A DNA stretch of 48,117 bases, the filler included, from Jimgerdemannia flammicorona (taxonomy: Eukaryota): NCBI GenBank assembly GCA_003990765.1. It is 2 parts of 2 records of this genome, joined end to end, with 100 filler letters (N's around TTAATTAATTAA, not from the genome) between each part and the next. Parts side by side here need not be neighbours in the genome. Positions count along the whole stretch, not along the records: positions 24,110 to 48,117 come from RBNJ01001035.1; 1 more part is not named here. One strand, written 5' to 3'. Of the stretch, positions 36,133-48,117 are shown one piece after another. The notes beneath the pieces are model-generated. The model was not told the DNA's origin. It saw nothing but the letters and a program-made list of their open reading frames with translations, and did no database searches. The position numbers and the translations under genes were made by a program. Position 1 is the first letter of the stretch. The number at the start of each line of letters is the position of its first letter.

Positions 36133-37636
36133 ACCAATTTCCTCTCCTAAAACTTCCCGTGCCACCTCAAGATACAACACGGCGTTCGACAGTTCGGCCT
36201 CCGTCCTCGTCAGCGCCACCGTCGTCTCGTACCACTCGATCGCGTCCGCGGTTCGTCCTTGTTATGGGTTGTCAACGAAAGATGCATGCATACGATATCA
36301 GAAACCAAACGACCTTAATTCGGAACCCAATGTAGCAAACAGAGCGGACAAGCGAAATAAAGGGGATGGTTCCGGGAATTACTTGAGCGCGCTCTTGAAC
36401 GTCGACATCGCCGACGTGATCGACTCCATTTTATACTGTGCAACCCGAGCTAGATGTGCGCGTACACGAACAAGTCAAGTTTGATCGCCTCTGCATAGTC
36501 TTTGGCTGCGTTATCAAAGGAAGTTGACTGAGGGGTAGGACAAGGAGCATGGGTTATGGTGGTATAGGGCTGGGGCTGAGATAGAACGGAGAAGATCATT
36601 CGATACTAACCTTATCTTCTGTAATCCGTTCAGGAAGAAAGAAGAAATCGGCCATTTTACCATAAAACATCCTCAACCGCAACATACCTCCGACATGTAG
36701 ACAACCCTACCAATAGTAGTAGATATCCTGGTCCGTTGGATCAATCTTGATCGCCTCATCGAAATGCTTATACGTCTGGATCGCCTGAAATCATAACGTC
36801 AACTGCGCCAACTCAGAAACGACCGATCTTTAATCATTTTCTCCTGTCCCCACCCACTTCCCTCATCCACCTTGCTCCATATAGATACTCGCGCGCTTAA
36901 TAAGCGTTGCAGATACTTAGGATCGGCCTCAATAGCCTTATTGAAGTCCTCGAAGGCTTCTTTGGGGTTCCCTTTGAGGAAGGTTCACGTTGAGGGCCTT
37001 GGCGGGGAGCGAGACCCCGAGCTCGACGGCGAGATCGTACGCGTCCATCACGTTCTCGTACCGGCGCTCTTCGATCGGGCCTTTGTCTCCGAGGTAGGGT
37101 GAGATGAGGAAGTGGGAGTAGAGTGGGTAAAAGGGGGTTATTAAAGGAGCAGAGGTGAGCCGAAAGGAGCATACTGGGACGGAAGGAGTCGAGGTAGGCT
37201 AGAGGTGGAAAGAGAGAGGGTGGTGGATGACGATTGAGCAATCGACACTCACGTAATAGGCGATGTGAAAGGCAGAGCTGATACAGAACGGACAATTAAT
37301 TGACAGACCTTGAGCAGCTCCTTGGTCTTCTCCTCCGACATGCTCTTGAGCAACCTCTCCATCGCCCCCGACGCGGCTTCGTTTTTGAATCCATCGATGA
37401 TGTCGACCGCGGCGAAATCTTCAGATTAACGCGTAAAGAGAACAAAATTCCACTGTCAGCCCGATGTACGCATACACCCCTACCGTAAAGGTCCTTCTGC
37501 AGCATCCCTTCTCATAGGCCTGGGCTCTCGTGTTGAGGGCAAGGGGTCCATCCTGAGGGCCTCGGTGAAGTCGGCGATGATCTCACCGCACTGCCCCGAG
37601 CCGGCAAAGCAGGCCGCGCGGTTCGAGTAGAAGACC
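36133..37636 (-). pseudogene. TOM70: Mitochondrial import receptor Tom70-like TPR pseudogene (intron-containing, 5' truncated)
   Basis: Fragments VFYSNRAACF, ALNTRAQAYEK, IIDGFKNEAASGAMERLLK, YLDSFRP, KGNPKEAFEDFNKAIEADP, FDEAIKIDPTDQDIYY, VAQYKM and ALTRTEAEL occur in Tom70 order. Frameshifts, deletions and a stop are present. Confidence 0.75.
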
Positions 37637-38780
37637 TGGAAAGTTTTTATGGGCTCTGATCCTGAAAATATTCAAACTTACATTCTTGAGACCATTGATA
37701 TGATTTTGGAGCATATGAAAACTATGAAAATACTGGTTGCAATGGATAAAGCACAGATCACCATCACTATGCAGTAAGATATGTATCCCTCCACAATATC
37801 ATTGACAAAAAAATATGATACTTCTGTACACATGTATTTGAATAGTTTTATATTTTACTTTATCCTTATACTTAACTACATGATATATGGTAGAAAATAT
37901 CTAACTCTATAAAAATAAAAATAAAAGCAACCCGAGGAGGTGAGGTTGCATCGGCTACCACGCGCCGTCTTGAAATCTACCACCCACCCAGATCACCCCC
38001 CTACACCGACCCCGCCGATTTGGCGCCCTCCTCCTCTTTTTCTTGCTGCAGGTGCGTAGGCCGATCCTAATGCGGGTGAGAATCATCCGGGTCCTGTGGA
38101 AAATAAAGAAGGATTTCCACTGAAATACAGGGGTTATCGATGGAAAGTCTGGAAAGCATGAACGCAAAACAAGGGAAAAGGAAAAGAAAAGATGAAGGAT
38201 GGGGGAATGCCAACAGTTGGGGTCTTTTAGTCTTTTGGTCCTTAGACAGCGATAGAACAATTCCGTCATTGCGCGTTAACAATTCATATATAGAGCCTAT
38301 ATCTTCCAAGAGCAACCCCCGTTTCTGGTGCCATCGTGACCGCCCATCATCAGCGTGTTCATCGTTATCGTCATCGTTGCATTCATCGCTGCAGTTACGT
38401 TCATCCTTACCCCTGCGTTCACCCATTTCACGCATCGCCAACCGTCCGAAAGAGTGTCCACGACAATCCGTGTCCCAGGTTATACGCCAATGCTCTATTC
38501 GATTGAAAGGTGGAAATGTCGCCGTCCGTTATGGCCAAAGTAACGCTAATGCTCTGTTCGATGGATGGATTAAAATCTTGATGTTTGTCGGTAACAGTCA
38601 TGCAACTAGATTTTTTTTTTTTTTTTTTTTCGCTATTGGAATAAAACTAAACATGGAAAATTACAGACCGGTATTTACATCTGCACGCTAGGAAGACTGA
38701 CTAACCAACATACAATTATCTGGCCTAAAAAAAAATAAAATAAAAAATTGTACGCTCTCACGGTCCAGTACCAGACCGCT

Positions 38781-41700
38781 CTACAACCTCGACTCCACAA
38801 CCACAACCTTCTCAGGCCTTCTGGACCCTTTATTGACTTCGAACGCCTCGGTCAGCACGTCCCCGACGGTTTTTACGAACACAAACTCAATCTGGTCGCG
38901 CACAGCAGCGGGTACGTCACCCATCACGTCCTTCTTATTACGGAAGGGCACGATGATACGGTGGATTCCAGCGCGGTGCGCTGCGATCACTTTCTCCTTG
39001 ATGCCGCCCACGGGCAGCACGTTGCCCCGCAGCGTGATCTCGCCCGTCATTGCCGTTGTTGGTGGGACGCGGCGTCCGGAGAGGAGGGAGACCAAGGCGG
39101 TGACAATGGTGATACCTGGGATGTGGAGAAAAGTTAATTTAAGGGTGGCAATCAATTGCATGCACACCTAAAAACAAAAAAAAAATTATGCTGTGTTCTC
39201 ACCTGCTGACGGCCCGTCCTTGGGTACGGATCCCGACGGGACGTGCACGTGGATATCCACATTTTCGAGCACATTCGAGTTTGCGGAGGCGGTCAGGCGA
39301 AGCGTATAGGCATGTGTCTTGACCCAAGACATGGCAATCTGCGCCGACTCCTTGATCACGTCGCCGAGCTTGCCTGGTTATGGGAAAGGTGACGGCAAAA
39401 ATAGAAGAAAGAGGATACTTGAGAGTTATGTCGCTAACACATCATGCTCTTATGTGACAACCATTGTGAGGAACCAGGGAATGTTCCACATCGAGACAAA
39501 GCTACGTTGACCCACCTGTCAGCTGTAAGTTCCCCTTGCCCGGCATCTGCGATGCCTCGATAAACAAGATCCCGCCGCTCCCGCTAGAGGTGTACGCGAG
39601 GCCCGTGACTATACCGGGAATCGATTCACGCTGCGCGATCTCGTCGTCGAACTTCTCAATCTGCAAAAGAAGGGTTGGGTGCGTATGAATTAAAAGGAGG
39701 GGAAAGCGATTAGTGAACATCTCATCTATAAACTCAACCCTAGAGACCAGAGGAAAAAAACGACCCTTTGAAAGACTAAAACAAGACTCACCCCCAAGAT
39801 GTCCTCCAAATCCTTAACCTTCACCTCTGGCCTATACTTATCCTCCCTCCCCTGCTCCCTCAGCTCAGCTACCTCGACACATTTAGCCCTAACCACCGCC
39901 GCGATAGCCCTCTCGAGCCCCCTGACGCCGCTTTCCCTTGTATACCCCTCTGCGATTCTGAGCACGACGTCGTCTGCCATGACGACGTCACCCTTCTTAA
40001 GTCCGTGCTCTAAGACCTGCTTAGGGACCAGATGGCTGCGGGCGATATGCAGCTTTTCCTCGAACGTGTAGCCGGGCAACGGGATCACCTCCATGCGGTC
40101 CAGCAGCGCCGGCGGGATCGTGTCCAGCGTGTTCGCCGTTGCGATGAATACCACGTGCGACAGGTCGAAGGGAAGATTCAGGTAGTGATCCGTGAACGTA
40201 TTGTTCTGCTCCGGGTCCAGCACCTCCAGGAGGGCTGCCGTCGGGTCGCCGTAGTGCGAGGAAGAGGCGGTTTTGTCGATCTCGTCTTTGATGAATGGAG
40301 AAAATTGAAGAGGTGTGTCAAAATCCGACAGTATGTTGAGAAAACCACTTACAATTTGTACGGAGAGTTACGAATAAAAAAATCTCGAAACACAGATAAA
40401 GGAGAGAATTCTCACCAAGCAAGAACACCGGATTGTTCACTCCACACTTCTTCAACCCATGTATCACCAGCCCAGGCAACGCGCCCACATAGGTCCGCCT
40501 ATGCCCGCGGATATCGGCCTCGTCGCGCACGCCGCCCAGCGAAATGCGGTGGAACCGGCGCGAGAGGGCCGTGGCGATGGACTTACCTAGAGAGGTCTTG
40601 CCAACGCCCGGCTGCAAGAGAGAGAGTGCGTGTGTGCAAATGGGAATAGGCGTGAGCGATATTTGGATAGGGTGCATGCGAAAATGGTTTAAACCTGAGG
40701 CTGTTACGTACGGGGCCGACGAAGCAAATGATAGGCGCCTTGAGGTCGCCCTTGACCTTGACCACGGACAAATACTCGAGGATGCGCTTCTTGACGATAT
40801 CGAGGCTGAGAAATTGCAAGAATGATAAGTCAGATTAATCGGCAAGGCAAAAAAAATATTAGCCGGCTCACTAAAAAGAACCCGGCTCGCCACAATCGCC
40901 TCACCCAAACGCACCCATAATGATCGGCCTCCAGCTGCTCTCTGGCCCTCCTAATATCCAGCACGTCCTCGCTGCTCTTACTCCACGGAAGTTCGGCGAC
41001 GGTCTCGAGATACGTCCTGACAACGGACCACTCGGCGGTGGACGGATGCAATCGCTTGAGCCGCTTGAGCTCACGCTGCGACGCTGCGGCGGCCTCCTCG
41101 GGCAAGTTCGCGTCCGCCAGCCGCCGGCCCAGGTCCGTGATCTCGTCTTCCTCTGTATTGCCAGAGCTGTTCAGATTGTCGTCAGAATCCTTCTCGCCGA
41201 GCTCCTCTTTGATGGCGTTGAGCTTTGATGGGTGGGCGGGGGGCGGAGGAGGGAATTTGGAGAAGTTATGGGGGTTTAATGCAAATATATGTGACCCGCG
41301 ACTGCTGAACTGATGATTAATATTTACCTGCTGTCGGAGATAGAATTCCCGCTGCTTTTTGCTCAGCTTGTCCTCGATGGTTGAGTGTACCTGTTGAGAA
41401 ATCTTGAGGACCTGACAGGGCACGCAAATTCGGGCGAATGAGAAAATGTATTAAGAACAGCAGGATGAGGTGAGTGCATAGTATCATTTGAATGTCATCC
41501 CCAGGAAAAGATTCCGCACGACAAAATTCTACACTCAGCTCTTTCCAAAACCATGACCATCGCATACTCACATGCAACTGCCTCGTTATCCACTCGCCCG
41601 CCTTCTCCAGCCTTGCCCCAAGTTCGGTGCTCTCAAGCATGCTCAACCGTTCGTCAAAGCTCGCGTCAATGACGGTGACGAGCAGGTTAGCCAGGGTAGA

Positions 41701-42534
41701 AGGGGGCGCCTGTTCCACCAACCGCTGCAACTGCGCTGTCAACGCGTCCGGCAGCTGCAGCTCCTTCATTTTAACGAGGAACTCTCGTGCTAGTGCCCGG
41801 AACCGCAGAACCTGGTCGTGGATCTCTGCGGCCTTGGCCGTCGAAACCTCAAGCGGCTCGGGGTAGTGTGTAACCGAAGCGATGAGATAGGGTGTCTCCT
41901 GGATGATACGGTCGACACGAAAGCGGGAAAGGCCTGAGGAATGTGGAGGTTGAAGAGATTTAGCAATATTAGATTGAATGGATTTTGTTAGGTAAATATA
42001 ATCGAACAAAGAAATTACGCTTCTGAGAATTATTTCGCACTCACCCTCTACAAATATGGTAAATCCTCCGAACCCGACCCGCTCGATCCGCATGATTCTC
42101 GCTGCACATCCAAACGTGAACAAATCCTCGCTGGAGGTCGGCGGCTCGCCTGGCGCGGCGTCTAGCTGGTCATCGGACTTCTTAGTCTTGTCGGCCCGCC
42201 TAGGCCGCTGAGGGTGCAGCACAGGCACCTGCGGGGCGGTGGTGGGCTCCGCTTGGGTCGAATTGTCGTCATCCCCGGTGCTGGAGGGACCGTTGGTGAT
42301 GACCCTGTCGTTCTCGCTGCCTTGGAGGGTAGAGGGGGCGGTTTTACGGATGATAGGGATGCAACCGACAATAGGAAAGTTTTTTGGGTCAAATATCTTG
42401 TGGAGCCTTCGTAGCAGGAAGATGGAGTCCCTGTTGCGTAGGACAATCTTTGAGACAACGCCAGGAAGGAGGACCTTCTTGTTGTGGAGTGGGACGAGGG
42501 GGAGCGAGGTGGGTATGGTAACAGGGTTATGCAT
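38781..42534 (-). CDS. LONP2: Peroxisomal Lon protease, 10 exons: 42045-42534, 41572-41933, 41328-41411, 40915-41222, 40712-40805, 40416-40611, 39792-40285, 39516-39660, 39203-39373, 38781-39115
   Basis: LON N-domain, Walker A GPPGVGKTS, Walker B LLDEIDK, catalytic KDGPSAG and GGIKEK, and a C-terminal PTS1 (-SRL). All introns are GT-AG and the frame is kept. Confidence 0.95.
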
Positions 42535-43134
42535 TGTGTTGTTTTTCTCTTGCGAGTTGGGGGTTGTGTGATAATATATTGATTTGAGTAAAGGGGTTTG
42601 TGTGACCAAGATCTGGCATCCGTGTCACATGCTCAGACATAGAAGACTACAAATGACGTGAAATTTTTCAAAAGGTGCCTTATGGCCCCCTGGACTGTTT
42701 TCAAGAAATTACAGAAAATCTATTAAAATCAAAGTTGATTTTTATCACTACTCTGAGTCTAGTCACATGTTCAGAAATTTAACTTCAGAGACACAATATG
42801 CAAATTTTATTAAAAGATACTTTATGGTGTACTTCATTAATTTTCTAGTGACTATATATTGAGTCAGTCACATGTCTATATATTATGCTATATGTTATAA
42901 ACTGTCAACTTCTTTGCTCTGTCAACTACATCTCATTTATATTTTATATTCAAAAATACCACCAATATATCATAAGATTTTTTAGCTTCTATCTTCTCTA
43001 AAACTCATCCAGAACTTACATTCTTAATTGAGGACTTTTAAAAACTCATATCTATATATATTTCTTCTGATGAGAAGAATGCAGACTCTGACAATGATAC
43101 AAATGATATACTAGCTAAATATAGATAAGAAATT

Positions 43135-43378
43135 TTATAGCTTATAATACTTGTAGTAACTCATAGTAACTAGTAGTAGCTTATTGTAGCTTGCTTGTGG
43201 CTTATATTGCAGCTTATGGCTTACTTACTTACAGCTTACTTGTAGCTTGTAGCTTACAGTTATTGTGACTTATAGCTTGCTTACAACTTGCAGCTTATAG
43301 TTATTGCAGCTTGCGGCTTGCAGCTTGCTTGTGGCTTATAGCTTACAGTTATTGCAGCTTGCGGCTTATGACTTACAA
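43135..43378 (+). repeat. Degenerate array of AGCTT/GGCTT-core short repeats in an AT-rich, CpG-poor block (~42650-43900)
   Basis: GTAGCTT, GCAGCTT, GCGGCTT and GTGGCTT recur many times; probably part of a decayed transposon. Confidence 0.6.
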
Positions 43379-44236
43379 TTAATAATAGAAATTAATTTGA
43401 ATTGAGTCAAAAGTTAAATTTAACAAGTTGATTTAAATTTACTCAAATTGATTATAATCTATTCATTATGAAAATCTTAGTATAATTCAAGAGAAAATAT
43501 TTTATTACAGTAGTCATATTTTTATTAATAATTATCTTAGTTTTTTACTGTAGTATTCTTTTTAAATTATTATAAAGCTATGATAGAAGACTATTTTTTA
43601 ATAGATGATTTCTAATACTTTCAAAATAATTATATGTAACTAATACTAAGTATATTGAGATAAATTTTTTGATAAAGAAATATACTACAATTTCAACAAT
43701 AGATGGTTCTCTTATTGACTCAAGCCTTATTCTTGAGATGTCAACTAGTATTGATCACTCTCCTGTCCATAGACTTGAGCTATACTATCTTGTTCAGTTC
43801 TAGTTAGAGCTTGAAAGACTTTTTACAATTCAACAAACTCTTCTTGACAAAACAACTGCAACCATAGCCTAGTTCTAAAAAGCAGAGAGCTTTCTCATAT
43901 TTATTTATATTTCTATCATTGACCATATTATATATTTTATGCGCAGTTTGTCCGGTTTTGTAGAATACGGAATTAATCTGTCCAGATTAGCCTTTTCTCA
44001 TTGGTAGTGACGTCTATCATCTCTGTCCAATTAGTATTTGGGTGGTAACGTATTCGTGCCAAGACGCGCGTTAGTTTGTTTTTTTTTTCAAACCGCATAC
44101 AGGTACCGCATCAAATTTTCGACGTTCTTTCGTCTGTGATGCTGACAACTTTTCGCTCCTCCATGTTCGCCTCAATTTGTAAATTGTATACCTTTAGTTG
44201 CGCAACTTCAACGCCATCGCTGGATTAGTCAAACCA

Positions 44237-45990
44237 ATGGACGCGAAGGAAGACATGTCGGAGCTCATCCAGGCCACGCTCATACATGAGACTGACAACT
44301 ATCTTTACAAATACCTTACGCAACGAGAAAAGCAAGCTTCTTTCACGGAAGATCGTCAGATCGAGCACGATGGGTATTCAGCCAGTTTGCGGAACTATAA
44401 GAATCACCCTTTGTTGGAAGCCAACGCAATGATAGCCACGAGAATGTTTGAGGTTAGAATTTTTTTTTTTTTCTTTGGCTTGTGGCGTTCCTACTTTACC
44501 CAAGCAAGAGCATCTACTGGTTGCTCTTGTGGTGATCCACTGGTTCGGGTGAATAGGCAAGGTTTTTACCAAGCAAGAGCATCTACTGGTTGCGCTTCTG
44601 ATGATCCACTGGTTCGGTAAAACCTTAGATGTCAGACTTCACTTCATCCAAGCAAGAGCATCTTTCTGCGGTTGCTCTTGTGACGATCTGCTGTTCGGAT
44701 GAAGCTGGAACTGCATCCAGCCAGAGCCGGTTTGCTCTTGTGATGATCCGCTGGTTTCGGTCGAAGCTAGATCTGCATTCCATCACTTACAATTCTTGTC
44801 ACTTCCTCTTGTCCTCCTTCAAAGAAAGAAAAAAGGTCAACAGATGTTTCTGGCTTTTGGAAGAGAATTAATAGAAAGCAACAACAGAGGGAAGAGGAAA
44901 AAGCTGCAGTGCGAGCTGCTTCGTTAGGGCACCTCAACTTTCTCGGTCAGACGGTGGGTACTGGTACTGAAGTGGGCACGTCTATAGGAGAGCCTTTCTT
45001 GGATTGTATTCTCTAGTTCTAACGCTCTTTTCTATGACCAGCTCACCACATATGGGTCCCAAATACCGAATTTAGTTGCAAAGCGCGACAATGTTTTAGG
45101 TGAGCAGAAAAACCAGGAGAAAGGCGAAGATACTGCACATGATAAGGATTTCGAAAGGGCATCCGCAACTAACGAATCCTCGGTGATAATATGGGAAGAA
45201 ATCTCATTAACGGAACAAGTGAGTATAACTTGTAGAAACGTTATGCACTCATACACGTATACACTTTATGAGCGGAAACAGCGTGGGTAACTCACTACAA
45301 CTCTTTGGTGTTCTATCCTTAATATTAATGAGGAGTAAACAAGGATGAAGTGCTGTCTGGTTCCAGCGATGCGAGTGCTCGCCCAGTAAGAACTGCAGTT
45401 GGCGTTATGGGAAGGAAAAAGAGCTACAAAAATCCAAAGAGGTTTCCGAAGATAACGACCTAAATACGTCATCCTACTTTCCTGTTTTCCAGAGCTCGAC
45501 GAAGCGTCAAAGAGACGATAACGGTGAGGATCGTGAGGAGCAGACGTCAGCTGAAGTTGACGAGGAACCGGAGATGATCAATGAGATGGTATGATTGATT
45601 TCTTTTTTGACTTTGCCTTCTAGAATGATATATAAATTTTAACTCTGATTAATCTCTTGGTACACATAGGATTACGTCCCTTATATTGTCGATGGGATTG
45701 AAATTGTAGCGAAGTTGCTGGAACAGAAGGCTGTGTATAATTATGAGTTAGTACTCTACGTTTTGTATTTGTTGAGCTGGATGTCATTTTCTTTTACTAA
45801 TTATATTATCACTCTTAAACAGAGCTGCCTTTTATGATATCCTGGATTTGAGCGAAGAGAGGGGAAGTGACTCTATCAAGAGTCGATTTTCACCAACAGT
45901 CTGGAAAAAGCTACGCAGTGCGGCGCGCATGGAAATGGTCAAGATGAACGATGAAGTCAAAGCTTGGCTGGTGGCTTTTGATGACAAAGT
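44237..45990 (+). pseudogene. Multi-exon gene of unknown family, probably disrupted and 3'-truncated by a repeat
   Basis: Exon-like frames bounded by GT/AG (…ATRMFE|gttag; DYVPYIVDGIEIVAKLLEQKAVYNY; AAFYDILDLSEERGSDSIKSRFSPTVWKKL), with tandem stops near 44870. No recognised domain. Confidence 0.45.
44490..44766 (+). repeat. Four ~70-80-bp intronic hairpin cassettes
   Basis: Shared core CAAGCAAGAGC-loop-GCTCTTGTGATGATCCRCTGGTTCGG separated by variable sequence. Confidence 0.85.
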
Positions 45991-46930
45991 ATCCAGAATG
46001 GCTTCTTTCTCCGCTACCTTACTGGTTACAAGGTTTGGTAGGCAATCTTCTGAGTCCTCTTTCTTCTATTATTACTCTCTCTATCTTGGGTTGGTTTGCT
46101 GTACCTGCATGGATATGGTGGGAGGAGGGTAATGGTAATGAGTTGCCCCTTTATTGGTGTTAGATTGGTGTCTTCTTTACTTTTTTATGGTTTCTGATGT
46201 CTTTAGCTATATTTGAAGTGTATCTGTTTTGGTGTGGTGCTTTCTTTCTTTTGCTGTTGCTAACATGGTGATGTCTTGGTGTATTTTAGGCTATGGTAGG
46301 AAGTCAGTCGACCTTGGGTGTCAAGTGCTTAGTGTAGGTTATCTGTAGGTTCTTGGTGTCTATGGTGGGGTTCTCTGACTTTGGTGAGTTTTCTGGTGAC
46401 TGTTTTTTGGGTGTTGTCAGGATGGGAGGGGGGTTGGCTGTTACAGATAGGAGGAAGGGTGATAATGGTGAACCAGTGGGGTATTAGGCTGGGGGTGATC
46501 ATCTTGGCTGGAGTAGATAATATTTCAGTGGGGCCTTTTAATTGGTTGATAGGGGGTGGAGTGGTATAGGGATTGGTATTTTGGTTATATTTAACTGGAA
46601 CTGAGAACTGATGTGGCAATATGATCAAGGTCTGCAGGCTTGGAGAGTAGGGTCTTTCTTATTTGGCAGTATCTGACTGGAACTGGGAGCTGACATGGTA
46701 ATGTGATTAAGGCCTGTAGGCTCGGAGGGTGGGAGTGGGGTCTTTTTTGGCTCTAGCCCATATGTAAGTTCTTTGAGAAAGATTCTATGTATAAGTTCTT
46801 TATTCACCTACTTTGAATCTACTTTGCTCTCTATTGGTTAGTTGGGGGGTTTTTTCTTTGCCTCGAGCTTTCTTTTGGGGTTTGGGGGGTTATTCTTTAT
46901 TCAGTCTCAGTGCTGCTAGATCTGATGCAT
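45991..46930 (-). mobile_element. Retroelement-like (gag/ORF1 N-terminus) fragment, heavily C-to-T/G-to-A mutated copy
   Basis: Colinear with 46955-47950; ATG (MSAP) near 46696. Element family not identified. Confidence 0.5.
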
Positions 46931-46954
46931 AGGTGTACTCTCACATGTAAATGA

Positions 46955-48117
46955 TGATCCAGCCCCTTTCTCCACTATCTTACCAGTCACAAGGTTTGGT
47001 AGGCGACCTTCCGAGTCCCCTTTCCCCTAATATTACCCCCTCTACCTCGGGTTGGTTTGCTGTGCCTGCAGGGGCATGGTGGGAGGAGGGCAATAGTGAT
47101 GAGTTGCCCCTTTATCGGTGTTGGATCGGTGCTTCCTCCACTTTTTCGTGGATTCTGGTGCCTTCAGCTGTGTCTGGGGTGTACCCGTTTTGGTGCGACA
47201 CCTTCTTCCTTTTGCCGTCACCAACAAGGAGTTGTCTCGGTATATCTTGGACTATGTAGAGAGTCGGCCGACCTTGGGCATCAAGTGCTCAGTGTAGGTT
47301 ACCTGCAGGTCCTCGGTGCCTGTGGTGGGGCCCTCTGGCTTTGGCGAGCTTCTCGGCGAGCGCGGTTCTGGCGTAGGTGACTGCTTTTCGGGTGTTGTCG
47401 GGATGGGAGGGGAGATGGCCGTCACAGATAGGTGGAAGGACGATTACGGTGAACTAGTAGGGTGCCAGGCTGGGGGCGGTCATTAGGGCTGGGGCAGGTG
47501 CTGCTTCGGTGGGGCCTTTTGATTGGTGCGGTGTGGTTAGGTGGTAGGTATCACTCTCGGCTTCTTTTGGTGGGTAGTGGGGTGAGGCCCCAGTCATCAG
47601 GGGGGGTCGGGGGGCCCGAGGCTACTCATTTCAGGTGTCTTGGCTGCACTCAACTGGAACCGGGAGCTGACATGGCAACGTGATCGAGGCCCGCAGGCTT
47701 GAGTAGTGAGGTATTGGGGGTTTCCTCCCGCCTCACATGTAAGTCCTTTACTCACTTCGACTGGAAGAACCAGGCCCTACCCACCGTGTTGTGCTTTGAT
47801 GAGGGTTTTTTCTTTGCCTGTCATTCTCTTTGGGGTGGCAGGGGCTATTCTATTCGGCTCAGGCGTGGCCTTGTACATATGTTGGGTTCTCAGGCGTGCG
47901 CTTTCAGTCGTTGGCATATGGTTGGGTTTCCCCTGGTGGTAGGGAGAGCATGGTGCACAGAATGAGGTGCGGGCTTATCAGCCCTGCTGCGCCTGGCATG
48001 GTCGAGCTGCTGGACAATAGCTAGCCTAGGTTAATGGGGGGGCAGTGCTTGGTGGGTGGTGGGGGAGGGTTTTGGCCTATATAGTCTAGGTTCCCTTCCA
48101 ATAAAAATCCACGGGAC
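46955..48117 (-). mobile_element. Second, less mutated copy of the same element with its upstream region
   Basis: MSAPGSS start at ~47673, Pro-rich decayed frame, and TATA-like TATATA near 48080. Confidence 0.5.

Noticed and set aside
37955..38691. Overlapping 100-180-aa ORFs downstream of LONP2
   Set aside because: No recognisable domain or consistent exon chain; could be a gene fragment but cannot be supported.
41317..42609. 430-aa ORF as a separate protein
   Set aside because: Read-through of LONP2 exons 1-2 and in-frame intron sequence.
44490..44766. CRISPR array, canonical hammerhead ribozyme or C/D snoRNA
   Set aside because: The context is a eukaryotic intron with no cas genes and the spacers pair with each other. 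GAAA of the hammerhead core and box D CTGA are not correctly placed. Kept only as an unclassified structured repeat.

Overview
Eukaryotic DNA, most likely fungal; an early-diverging lineage such as Mucoromycota is inferred from gene content and short GT-AG introns. The two halves are joined by an artificial 100-bp spacer (N44-TTAATTAATTAA-N44, 24010-24109), so they may not be neighbours. The left half (1-24009) is a nest of retroelements: five copies of one L1/Tx1-like LINE family at different stages of C-to-T decay, two decayed Ty3/gypsy elements (one with a dUTPase) and the start of a young CpG-rich LTR. The right half is genic: the 5' end of F-actin capping protein beta, a poly-Q protein with an Rsc1/2-like C-terminal motif, an Spd1/Dif1-like RNR inhibitor, a TOM70 pseudogene, an intact peroxisomal Lon protease (LONP2), an unknown multi-exon gene and two tandem retroelement-like fragments. 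The most striking feature is a ~7-kb NLR-like locus (35244->28133, minus strand): CHAT caspase-like protease (disrupted) - STAND NTPase - degenerate Ras/Roc-like domain - second STAND NTPase - Sel1 - ankyrin - LRR. Its LRRs are encoded by a tandem array of 84-nt phase-1 exons duplicated together with their introns. A second candidate novelty is an intronic array of hairpin cassettes whose closing stems differ in sequence yet still base-pair (44490-44766).
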